Source: Candidatus Nanopelagicales bacterium (lineage in GTDB: Bacteria; Actinomycetota; Actinomycetes; S36-B12). From it: a DNA stretch of 56,324 nt. The notes under the pieces are model-generated. The model had not been told where the DNA came from and did not search any database. It worked only from the letters and a program-made list of their open reading frames with translations. Of this stretch, positions 33,731 to 42,257 are shown in pieces; position 1 is the first letter of the stretch; each line of letters starts with the position of its first letter. Where the stretch lies: NCBI GenBank assembly GCA_044345075.1, contig JBIJBU010000001.1:1-56324 (forward strand), in the 5' to 3' direction. Position numbers and translations under genes: made by a program.

Positions 33731-35074
33731 ATGTCCTGGGACCCCGCCGAGCGCGATCGCGTTGCCGCCCTGTGCGAGGAACACGGCGTGCACACCGTCG
33801 AGTGCGTGATCGTCGACAGCTGGGGTATGCCCCGCGGCAAGCGACTGCCGGTCAAGCAGTTCCTGCGCGGCTCGGGCTACGCCATCGCCAGCGTGGTCTA
33901 CAGCTGGGATCCCACCTGCTTCATCTTCGACACCCCCTGGGTCTCCGTTGATGGCGGTGTTCCCGACATGCACGCAATCCCTGATCTCTCCAGCTTCCGC
34001 ATCGCGGGCTGGACGGACGGCGTTGCGATCGTCATGTGCGACACGGTGACGGTCGATGGCCACGAGCCGATCGCGATGGATGCCCGCAACATGCTCAAGA
34101 AGCAGCTCGCTCGCGCAGAAGCGCTGGGCTATGGCGTCGATGCAGCATCCGAGCTCGAGTGCCACTTCTTCACACCCGACTGGAAGCCGATCTACGACGA
34201 CATCAACTGCTACTCCATATACCGCGGCTGGGAGATGGAGCCCTTCATGCTCGATATCCGCGAGTCGCTGCGCAAGACCGGCATCGAGGTCGAGGCTTGC
34301 AATGTCGAGTACGGCCCGGGTCAGACCGAGATCAACGTGCGCTACGGCCCGATGCTGAAGATGGCCGACGACACCGTGTACTTCAAGTACATCGTCCGCC
34401 TGTGTGCCAAGCGCCACGGCCTCAACGTCACCTTCATGGCGAAGCCGTTCATCTCGGAGGCCGGTAATGGCATGCACATTCACCAGTCGCTGACCAAGGA
34501 TGGCAAGAACGCCTTCGCGGCGCAGGACGAAGACACGGTGCTCGGCAATGCACTGATGCGCAAGTACCTCACGGGTTTGCTCGCGCATCACAAGGAACTG
34601 CAGTTGATCATGACCCCGACGATCAGCGGCTACAAGCGACTGCAGGATTACTCCTTCTCGCCGACACAGGTCACCTGGGGACTCGATCACCGACTCGTCG
34701 GCGTGCGTTCCATCGTCGGTGCCGGCCCTGCCAATCGCCTTGAAGCCCGCTGGGCTGCAGCAGATGCGAATCCGTACCTGGTGTTCGCAGGCGTTCTTGC
34801 CGCCGGCCTCGACGGAATTGAGAGCGACTACGAGCTCATGCCTCAGACCACGGGCGACCCGCATGCGGAGGAGCAATGGGAGCGACTTCCTACGAGCATC
34901 GACGGTGCGATAGACAACTTCGACTCGGCATTCACTCGCGAGGTATTCGGTGATATCTTCGTCGACAACTTCCTATTCATGCAGCGCCGAGAGTATGACG
35001 AATTCATGGCGAATGCCGAGCAGGGCGACGATGTCAGTGAGTGGGAACTCAATCGCTACCGGGCGGTGATCTAG
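33731..35074 (+). CDS. Glutamine synthetase family protein (GS-like ligase), copy 3
   Basis: Motifs are ASELECHFF, NVEYGPGQTEIN, GNGMHIHQSL, SGYKRL and VRS...NRLEAR. A GGAGGA RBS precedes the ATG. Confidence 0.85.
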   Translation: MSWDPAERDRVAALCEEHGVHTVECVIVDSWGMPRGKRLPVKQFLRGSGYAIASVVYSWDPTCFIFDTPWVSVDGGVPDMHAIPDLSSFRIAGWTDGVAIVMCDTVTVDGHEPIAMDARNMLKKQLARAEALGYGVDAASELECHFFTPDWKPIYDDINCYSIYRGWEMEPFMLDIRESLRKTGIEVEACNVEYGPGQTEINVRYGPMLKMADDTVYFKYIVRLCAKRHGLNVTFMAKPFISEAGNGMHIHQSLTKDGKNAFAAQDEDTVLGNALMRKYLTGLLAHHKELQLIMTPTISGYKRLQDYSFSPTQVTWGLDHRLVGVRSIVGAGPANRLEARWAAADANPYLVFAGVLAAGLDGIESDYELMPQTTGDPHAEEQWERLPTSIDGAIDNFDSAFTREVFGDIFVDNFLFMQRREYDEFMANAEQGDDVSEWELNRYRAVI

Positions 35075-35776
35075 ATGGCGCACATTTTGATGATCAGCCA
35101 TGAGCCCGAGGCGGCACCAGGGGTCATCGGTGAACTCCTGGCCGAGCAGGGCCATGATGTCGAGCGGCACATCATCCTCACCGATCCGGCGAATCCCGAC
35201 ACCAACTTCCCTGACGTCAATGACTTCGACGCCGTGATCGCCTTCGGCTCCTTCTCCAATGTCTATGACGAGAAGTCACGAGTATGGGTCGAACCTGAGA
35301 TTGAGCTCATCCGCTCGACCATGCGCGATGACGTTCCCTACCTCGGACTCTGCTTCGGCGGGCAGCTGCTCACCGAGAGCCTGGGCGGTTATGTCGAGAG
35401 AGCGCCGGATGGCAGCGATGAGGTCGGCCTGCTGAGCATTGAGCCGACCGGAGCCACGATGCCCATTCCGCAGGGCCCGTGGTTCACCTGGCACGAGGAT
35501 CGCATGATCCTGCCGGCTGATGTCGAGATCCTCGCCGAGACCCCTGATGCCGTTCAGTTGTTCCGCAAGGGTCGGGCAGTCGGCACGCAGTTCCATCCTG
35601 AGGCCAATGTCGAACTCGTGTCGGGCTGGATTCGCATCGGGCCTGATCACGTTCCCGATTACACATCCGCCGACCAGATCCTCGGAGACCTCGCTCGCGC
35701 GAGCGAGGCTACGCGCGCGAACTGCGCGGCCCTTCTTGACTGGTTCCTGCGCGATGTCGCCGAGGTAGATGCGTGA
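35075..35776 (+). CDS. Class I glutamine amidotransferase-like protein (GATase1), a paralog of 17324-18055
   Basis: The nucleophile elbow is LGLCFGGQLLT and the His motif is TQFHPE. The ATG immediately follows the GS-like stop (TAGATG). Confidence 0.8.
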   Translation: MAHILMISHEPEAAPGVIGELLAEQGHDVERHIILTDPANPDTNFPDVNDFDAVIAFGSFSNVYDEKSRVWVEPEIELIRSTMRDDVPYLGLCFGGQLLTESLGGYVERAPDGSDEVGLLSIEPTGATMPIPQGPWFTWHEDRMILPADVEILAETPDAVQLFRKGRAVGTQFHPEANVELVSGWIRIGPDHVPDYTSADQILGDLARASEATRANCAALLDWFLRDVAEVDA

Positions 35777-36912
35777 GCGCACCCCTCGAAGGGGTTGTCG
35801 TCGTCTCCCTCGAGCAGGCCATCTCGGCGCCGTTTGCCACTCGGCAACTCGCCGACCTCGGCGCGACGGTCATCAAGATTGAGCGCCCCGAGGGCGACTT
35901 TGCCCGTGCCTACGACAGCAATGTCCAGGGGGAGTCCGCATTCTTCGTGTGGGCGAACCGCGGCAAGCAATCGGTAGTGCTCGACATCAAGAACGCTGAT
36001 GACCTAGCCGCTTTCTGGGCACTGGTCGCCGGTGCTGATGTATTCATGCACAACATTGCTCCTGCATCGGCAGCGCGCCTCGGCATCGATGCGCAGACCT
36101 TGCATGCGAAGTACCCGTCACTCATTGCCTGCGAGGTCTCCGGCTACGGCCCGGGCGGGCCGCGCAGCGATGACAAGGCCTATGACCTCGCGATCCAGGC
36201 TGAGGCAGGTGCCTTCAGCGTCACCGGTGATGCGGAGATGAGCAAGGTCGGCTTCTCCGTCGCCGATATCGCATCGGGGATGTACGCGCTGTCGAGCGTG
36301 CTTGCCGCACTGGTGCGTCGTGATCGCACCGGCGAAGGCGCCGCCATTGGCGTTTCGATGCTCGATTCACTCACCGAATGGCTCTCGGCGCCCCTGTATG
36401 CCGCCGCTCACGGCGGTGGGCAGGCTCCGCGCACCGGACGTCGTCATCACGCGATCGCCCCTTACGGCACCTTCGGTCTTGCTGATGGACGCACAGTGTT
36501 GCTGGCCATTCAGAACGATCGCGAGTGGGCGGCCTTCGCCGAGCTGGTGCTCGCAGATGTTGCCTTGGCCACAGACTTGCGCTTTGCTACCAACGCCGTG
36601 CGGATTGCGAATGTCGATGAACTCGAGGCGGTCATCACCGCTCGGTTCGCGAGTGCTCCCGCCGATGAGATCCGCGCGAGCCTTGCCGCTGCAGGCATTG
36701 CCACGGCAAACGTCAACGACCTCGCGCATGTGTGGCAGCACGAGCAACTACGGGCGCGCGATCGGTTCACCGATGTCGAGCTTCCGAATGGGCGCATCGA
36801 GATGCTGAAGTCACCCTTCGACATCAGCGAATGGGCACCGGGCGCACAATCAGTGCCCGCGCTCGGCGAGCACGATGCGGCGACAGTGCGCCGGATCGCG
36901 GAAACCGACTAG
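35773..36912 (+). CDS. Family III CoA-transferase (CaiB/BaiF)
   Basis: The N-terminus is LEGVVVVSLEQAISAPFATRQLADLGATVIKIERPEGD. A GTGA overlap links it to the upstream gene. Confidence 0.85.
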   Translation: MSAPLEGVVVVSLEQAISAPFATRQLADLGATVIKIERPEGDFARAYDSNVQGESAFFVWANRGKQSVVLDIKNADDLAAFWALVAGADVFMHNIAPASAARLGIDAQTLHAKYPSLIACEVSGYGPGGPRSDDKAYDLAIQAEAGAFSVTGDAEMSKVGFSVADIASGMYALSSVLAALVRRDRTGEGAAIGVSMLDSLTEWLSAPLYAAAHGGGQAPRTGRRHHAIAPYGTFGLADGRTVLLAIQNDREWAAFAELVLADVALATDLRFATNAVRIANVDELEAVITARFASAPADEIRASLAAAGIATANVNDLAHVWQHEQLRARDRFTDVELPNGRIEMLKSPFDISEWAPGAQSVPALGEHDAATVRRIAETD

Positions 36913-38063
36913 TACGACTTCGGCAGCCCCAGCACGTGCTGACCTACATAGGCGAGCACGAGATTGTTGTTGATGGGCGCCACCTGGTAGAGCCGAGTCT
37001 CGCGGAACTTGCGCTCGATGTCGTACTCGACGGCGAAGCCGAATCCACCGTGTGTGTCGAGTGCGGCATTCGCTGCGGCCCACGATGCTTCCGAGCACAG
37101 CAGCTTGGCCATGTTCGCCTCAGCTGCACACTTCACGTGCGCGTCGTACTTTGCGGCGGCATCGAAGCGCATCAGGTCAGCGGCGCGCAGTTGCGCGTAC
37201 GCCTTGGCGAGCGGGAACTGCACGCCCTGATTCGAGCCGATCGGCTTGTCGAAGACTACGCGCTCATTGGCGTAGGCAACCGCCTTCTCCAGAAGGAACC
37301 GGCCATCACCGATGCACTCTGCGGCGATCAGGATTCGCTCGGCATTCATCCCGTCGAGGATGTACCGGAAGCCTTTGCCCTCCTCGCCGACGAGCGCATC
37401 AGCAGGGATGATCACGTCGTCGAGGAAAACCTCGGTCGTGTTGTGATTCATCATCGTCTTGATGGGCTTGATCGTGATGCCCTCGACCTCGCGCATGTTG
37501 ATGAGAAAGGTCGACAGGCCTTCAGTCGGCTTCTCGCACTCGTCGTACGGAGTCGTGCGCGCGAGCAGCAGCATCAAGTCTGAGTAGAGAGCGCGTGAGG
37601 TCCAGATCTTCTGGCCATTAATGCGCCAGCCCTCAGGCACGCGCTCGGCCTTGGTGCGAATTCGAGTGGTCTCTGAGCCAGCGCCGGGCTCGGTGACACC
37701 GAAGGCCTGCAGGCGCAGGGTGCCGTTGGCGATCTGCGGTAGGTAGTGCTGCTTTTGCTCGGTACTGCCGTGACGCAAGATCGTGCCCATCACGTACATC
37801 TGTGCATGGCAGGCAGCGGGGTTACCACCGGAAGCAGCGATCTCCTCCATGATGATCGAGGCCTCGGTGAGGGTGGCTCCGCCGCCTCCATACTCCTCGG
37901 GGATTAGGGCAGCCAGGTACCCGGCCTGGGTCAGGGCGTTGACGAACTCCTGCGGGTAGGTTTCAGGCTCGAGCCCGCGCCAGTATTCGCCGGGGTAGGC
38001 CTCGCAGATCTCGCGCACGCCGGCGCGAAGGTCGTCATACTCGGGGATATCGGTCAGCTTCAC
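36909..38063 (-). CDS. Acyl-CoA dehydrogenase
   Basis: It is a canonical ACAD of 384 aa. Motifs are FGVTEPGAGSE, WITNG-like ING.KIWTS and the C-terminal YEGTN-like QVAPINNN. Confidence 0.85.
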   Translation of the reverse strand: MKLTDIPEYDDLRAGVREICEAYPGEYWRGLEPETYPQEFVNALTQAGYLAALIPEEYGGGGATLTEASIIMEEIAASGGNPAACHAQMYVMGTILRHGSTEQKQHYLPQIANGTLRLQAFGVTEPGAGSETTRIRTKAERVPEGWRINGQKIWTSRALYSDLMLLLARTTPYDECEKPTEGLSTFLINMREVEGITIKPIKTMMNHNTTEVFLDDVIIPADALVGEEGKGFRYILDGMNAERILIAAECIGDGRFLLEKAVAYANERVVFDKPIGSNQGVQFPLAKAYAQLRAADLMRFDAAAKYDAHVKCAAEANMAKLLCSEASWAAANAALDTHGGFGFAVEYDIERKFRETRLYQVAPINNNLVLAYVGQHVLGLPKSY

Positions 38064-38073
38064 AGGCTATTTG

Positions 38074-38085
38074 TATCATTTATCA
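38074..38085. promoter_or_regulatory. Direct repeat TATCA-TT-TATCA (candidate GntR operator, copy B)
   Basis: It lies in the 43-bp region between the ACAD start (38063, -) and the GntR start (38107, +). Confidence 0.4.
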
Positions 38086-38106
38086 GAAATCTGGGCAGGA
38101 GGAATC

Positions 38107-38793
38107 GTGGCAAAGGATGCGGTCGACCGCGTACCGAGGCGGCGCAACCTCGCCGACGACGTCGCCGATCACATTCGCGAGGCGATTCTTACCGGTCGGA
38201 TGCGCCCTGGCACCCGAGTCGACCAGGACGCCATTGCCGAGGATCTCGGGGTTTCCCGGCTTCCGGTGCGTGAAGCTCTGATCGCCCTGGATCAAGAGGG
38301 CCTGATCGCCACCATCCCCCGACGCGGTTCGCGAGTTCAGCAACTATCGCCTGACGACATCATCGATCACTACGAGCTCTTCGGTCAGGTGGCCGGGCTT
38401 GCTACCGCGCGTGCGGTCACGCGTATCGATGATGCGGGCATTGCTCGCCTTGCCGAGCTCCATGCGCAGATGGAGGCGACACCTGACAAGGCCGAGCGTC
38501 AGCGCCTGAACTTCGAGTTCCACCGCACCATCAACACAGCCGCAGGCAGCAAAAGAATCAACTCGATGCTGCGCCTGCTCTCGAAGTCACTGCCGATGCC
38601 CTATGTCGACTTCCCCGACGAGTGGCTCCATGATGCGAGTGAGCAGCATGACGAGATCATGGCGGCTTTCACGAAGCGAGATTCCGCCGCTGCCCAGCGA
38701 GCAATGCAAAATCACATCAGCTCGAGCGGCCGTCATGCGATCGATGTGCTGACTGCCATGGGCTTCTTCGAGCCGGTCGAATCAGACGACTGA
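38107..38793 (+). CDS. GntR family transcriptional regulator (FadR/FCD subfamily)
   Basis: The wHTH is LADDVADHIREAILTGRMRPGTRVDQDAIAEDLGVSRLPVREAL. The C-terminus is helical and FCD-like. An AGGAGG RBS precedes GTG 38107. Confidence 0.85.
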   Translation: MAKDAVDRVPRRRNLADDVADHIREAILTGRMRPGTRVDQDAIAEDLGVSRLPVREALIALDQEGLIATIPRRGSRVQQLSPDDIIDHYELFGQVAGLATARAVTRIDDAGIARLAELHAQMEATPDKAERQRLNFEFHRTINTAAGSKRINSMLRLLSKSLPMPYVDFPDEWLHDASEQHDEIMAAFTKRDSAAAQRAMQNHISSSGRHAIDVLTAMGFFEPVESDD

Positions 38794-39753
38794 TCAGCGA
38801 GATCGCTCGGCGATGTACACGCCGCCGAGGAGGAGTGCACCACCAGCGATCTGAATCGGTGTCAGCACTTCGTTGAGGATCACCCACGCGATGATGGCGG
38901 CAAGGATCGGCTCCGTCATGCCGATGGCGGAGACCTGAGATGCATTGATGTTGCGAAGAGCCGAAACTTCAAGCCAGAACGGCACTGCGGTACCGATCAC
39001 GACCATCCAGATGGCCAAGGACCACAACGGCCAGCCGTTCTCCGCGAGACCGACGTGTGCTGAAGGGTTCGTGAGCTCATGCCACGGGAATGACCACCAC
39101 GGTTGCACGATGGCCCAGAACGCTGTGGCGATGGCGAAGCCCCACATCGTGACCGAGACTGAATCCCGATTGAACGGTGCACTTACCGCCTTGTCGCCCG
39201 AGATGTAGTACACCGCGAGCGCCGAGGCTGCGCCAAGACCGCACAGAACTCCGATCGGATTGAGGCTGAATCCGCTCCACACCTGAGCTACCAAGGCAAG
39301 ACCGCCGAGTGCGAGCACCAGTCCGATCCAGACCCCGCGACCCACGTGCCGGTGCATACCGAACTTCCAGATCAACGCGACAATGATCGGCGCAGTGAAC
39401 TCGAGCAGTAACGCGATGCTGATCGGCAATCGCGAAATGGCCATGAAGTAGAGCAATTGCGTGAAGGTGACGCCGATGAGGCCGAAAGCAATGAGCGCAG
39501 GCCACTCTGCGCGCTTGACCTTAAAAGCCGAAGGCCGAGTGAGCGCCAAGATGACGCCGATGATGACGAAAGCGGCTGTGACGCGAAGCTGAGCCAGTCG
39601 AGTGGCCTCGATTCCGCTCAGCAGCAGTGACTTGGAGACCGTCGCATTGGTGGCGAAACAGATCGCGGCGATGATGACGAGCGCGTAGCCGAGTCGGGCG
39701 TTAGCGCGGTGGGAGAGTGGCCCGCCGGGCAGGACCTCGGCGAGATCGCTCAC
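38794..39753 (-). CDS. EamA/DMT family transporter
   Basis: It has ten predicted hydrophobic segments arranged as two EamA-like halves. Confidence 0.8.
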   Translation of the reverse strand: MSDLAEVLPGGPLSHRANARLGYALVIIAAICFATNATVSKSLLLSGIEATRLAQLRVTAAFVIIGVILALTRPSAFKVKRAEWPALIAFGLIGVTFTQLLYFMAISRLPISIALLLEFTAPIIVALIWKFGMHRHVGRGVWIGLVLALGGLALVAQVWSGFSLNPIGVLCGLGAASALAVYYISGDKAVSAPFNRDSVSVTMWGFAIATAFWAIVQPWWSFPWHELTNPSAHVGLAENGWPLWSLAIWMVVIGTAVPFWLEVSALRNINASQVSAIGMTEPILAAIIAWVILNEVLTPIQIAGGALLLGGVYIAERSR

Positions 39754-40910
39754 GCTCCTGCTGCCCGGTAGACCCCCATGGTCTGCTCGGCGATTGCCGC
39801 CCAGCCGAAATCCTCCACCGCTCGGGCGCGTCCAGCCTTGCCCATCTCCCGTGCACGTGACGGATCCGCCACCATGGCATTCACTGCGTCGGAAAAGGCA
39901 CGTTCGAATCCGGTCAGCGAATCAGGGGTATACGGAACGAGGGTGCCGGTAACTCCATCAACGACGACCTCGGGGATTCCGCCGACAGCGCTTGCCACGA
40001 CGGCGGTCTCGCAGGCCATGGCTTCCAAGTTCACGATGCCGAGCGGTTCGTACACAGAAGGGCAGACGAAGGCGAGCGCATGCGAGAACAGCTGGATCAG
40101 CTGAGGCCGCGCGGCTGGCTCCTGGATCCAGATGACCGAGCCGTCGCCACGCAACTCTCGGAGCGACGCCACCGCGTTGGCGACCTCGACTCCGATCTCT
40201 GGTGTATCGGGGGAGGAAGCGCACAGCACGAGCACGACGTTGTCATCGAACTGACGTGCGGCGTTCAGCAAATGCATGATGCCCTTTTGTCGCGTGATAC
40301 GACCGACGAAGAGCACGTAAGGCCGTGATTGGTCAATGCCGTACTGCTCGAGAGCGGTGGTGTCGGAGTCGTAGTGGTAGACGTCAGTCGGAACGCCGTT
40401 GTGCACGACATGAACCTTTGCGGGATCGACATAGGGGTACGAGTTCAGTACGTCGGTGCGCATGCCGTTGCTCACCGCGATGATGGCTTGGGCGTCGTTG
40501 TATGCAGTGCGCTCGACCCACGATGACACGCGGTAACCGCCGCCCAGCTGCTCTTCCTTCCACGGCCGCATCGGCTCGAGGGAGTGCGCGGTGATCACGT
40601 GGGGTACGCCGTGCATGAGGCCACCGACCTGGCCGGCGAAGTTCGCGTACCAGGTATGGGAGTGCAGGATGTCGACACCCGTCGTGGCCTGCACCATGTC
40701 GAGATCGACCCCGAGCACCTGGAGTGCGGGGTTGGCTCCCTCGAGGAAGCCGGGCACCTGATGTGCCATGGCGTCTGGGCGCGGGGCACCGAAGCAGTGC
40801 ACGTCGACCTCGGCCAGGTGCCTGAGTTGGGCCACCAGTTGGTCGACGTGAACCCCGGCGCCGCCGTAAATCTCCGGTGGCCATTCGCGGGTCAGCATTC
40901 CGATGCGCAT
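39750..40910 (-). CDS. glgA: Actinobacterial glycogen synthase (GT4, Corynebacterium-type; GlgM-like alpha-maltose-1-phosphate synthase)
   Basis: MRIGMLTREWPPEIYGGAGVHV is the signature N-terminus of this family. It is divergent from glgC, as in mycobacteria. Confidence 0.85.
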   Translation of the reverse strand: MRIGMLTREWPPEIYGGAGVHVDQLVAQLRHLAEVDVHCFGAPRPDAMAHQVPGFLEGANPALQVLGVDLDMVQATTGVDILHSHTWYANFAGQVGGLMHGVPHVITAHSLEPMRPWKEEQLGGGYRVSSWVERTAYNDAQAIIAVSNGMRTDVLNSYPYVDPAKVHVVHNGVPTDVYHYDSDTTALEQYGIDQSRPYVLFVGRITRQKGIMHLLNAARQFDDNVVLVLCASSPDTPEIGVEVANAVASLRELRGDGSVIWIQEPAARPQLIQLFSHALAFVCPSVYEPLGIVNLEAMACETAVVASAVGGIPEVVVDGVTGTLVPYTPDSLTGFERAFSDAVNAMVADPSRAREMGKAGRARAVEDFGWAAIAEQTMGVYRAAGA

Positions 40911-41013
40911 GCGTGAAGCCTAATGCCGTGGAATTCGCAGAAGGATTGGCAATGTTCTGAAAGTTCTCGCCGAGTTCTCCCGTTGGCCGCTTCCAATCAC
41001 TAGTGTTTCAGAT

Positions 41014-42237
41014 GTGACGATGTCCCCCCATGTTCTCTGCATCGTCCTTGCGGGTGGCGAGGGCAAGCGCCTCATGCCGCTGACCGCAGATCGAGCCAAG
41101 CCCGCTGTCCCCTTCGGCGGTTCATACCGGCTGGTCGACTTCGTCCTTTCAAATCTCATCAATGCGGGCCTTCGACGCGTGTGCGTGCTCACCCAGTACA
41201 AGTCGCACTCGCTCGACCGCCACATCACCACCACGTGGCGAATGCCCACACTGCTCGGTGATTACGTCACCCCGGTACCAGCGCAGCAGCGCTTGGGCCC
41301 GCGTTGGTACACCGGCTCGGCGGATGCGATCTTCCAGAGTCTTAACCTCGTGTACGACGAGAACCCTGAATACGTCGTCGTCTTCGGAGCCGATCACGTG
41401 TACCGCATGGATCCGATGCAGATGATCGAGGCGCACATTGACTCCGGTGCCGGGGTTACGGTGGCCGGCATTCGCGTGCCCAAGGCTGAGGCACGCGACT
41501 TCGGCGTGATCGAGACCTCACCCGATGGGCGCAAGATCACGCAGTTCCTTGAGAAGCCGGCGAATCCGCCGACGATCCCTGGAGACGATGACCACAGTTT
41601 TGCGTCGATGGGCAACTACGTCTTCACCACTGAGGTCTTGCTCGAAGCGCTGCGCACCGACGCCGCTGACCTGACATCAATTCATGACATGGGCACGAAC
41701 ATCATCCCGATGCTCACCGCGGCCGGTCAGGCGTTCGTGTATGACTTCGACCAGAACATCGTGCCCGGTGCCACTGAGCGCGACACCGGTTACTGGCGTG
41801 ATGTAGGCACCCTGGATAGCTACCACGATGCCCACATGGATCTTGTCTCCGTGCACCCGATCTTTAATCTGTACAACCGTCGGTGGCCGATCTTGTCGAA
41901 CCTTCCGTCATTGCCCCCGGCCAAATTCGTCGAGGGTGGCAATGCCCACGAGTCGATGGTGGGCTCGGGCACGATCGTGTCGGGGGCGCATGTGCGCACC
42001 TCTGTCCTGGCGTCGAGCGTGTATATCGACTCAGGTGCTTACGTGGAGGGCAGCGTCGTGTTGCCAGGCGCTCGCGTGGGCCGCAACGCCGTCGTCAGGC
42101 GTGCGATTCTCGACAAGAATGTCGTGATCCCTGATGGTGCGCAGATCGGGGTCGATCTTGAGCGCGATCGCGAGTTGTACACCGTCAGCGAGGGCGGAAT
42201 CGTGGTCATCGGCAAGGGCGTGACTGCGGCTCTGTGA
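41014..42237 (+). CDS. glgC: Glucose-1-phosphate adenylyltransferase
   Basis: Motifs are [35 protein letters not shown] and the C-terminal left-handed beta-helix repeats. ATG 41020 is an alternative start. Confidence 0.9.
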   Translation: MTMSPHVLCIVLAGGEGKRLMPLTADRAKPAVPFGGSYRLVDFVLSNLINAGLRRVCVLTQYKSHSLDRHITTTWRMPTLLGDYVTPVPAQQRLGPRWYTGSADAIFQSLNLVYDENPEYVVVFGADHVYRMDPMQMIEAHIDSGAGVTVAGIRVPKAEARDFGVIETSPDGRKITQFLEKPANPPTIPGDDDHSFASMGNYVFTTEVLLEALRTDAADLTSIHDMGTNIIPMLTAAGQAFVYDFDQNIVPGATERDTGYWRDVGTLDSYHDAHMDLVSVHPIFNLYNRRWPILSNLPSLPPAKFVEGGNAHESMVGSGTIVSGAHVRTSVLASSVYIDSGAYVEGSVVLPGARVGRNAVVRRAILDKNVVIPDGAQIGVDLERDRELYTVSEGGIVVIGKGVTAAL

Positions 42238-42257
42238 GCCCCACGCATACTGGATAA

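Noticed and set aside
33584-34876. A 430-aa ORF lies antisense to GS-like copy 3 and reads across the divergent promoter.
   Set aside because: It is a shadow ORF, as above. It would span an AT-rich promoter region and overlaps a gene with clear GS catalytic motifs.
40384-40884. A 166-aa Arg-rich ORF lies within glgA on the same strand but in a different frame.
   Set aside because: It is an out-of-frame overlap with a gene that has the canonical glycogen-synthase N-terminus. Its composition (Arg/Pro/Gly) is typical of an off-frame GC-rich reading.
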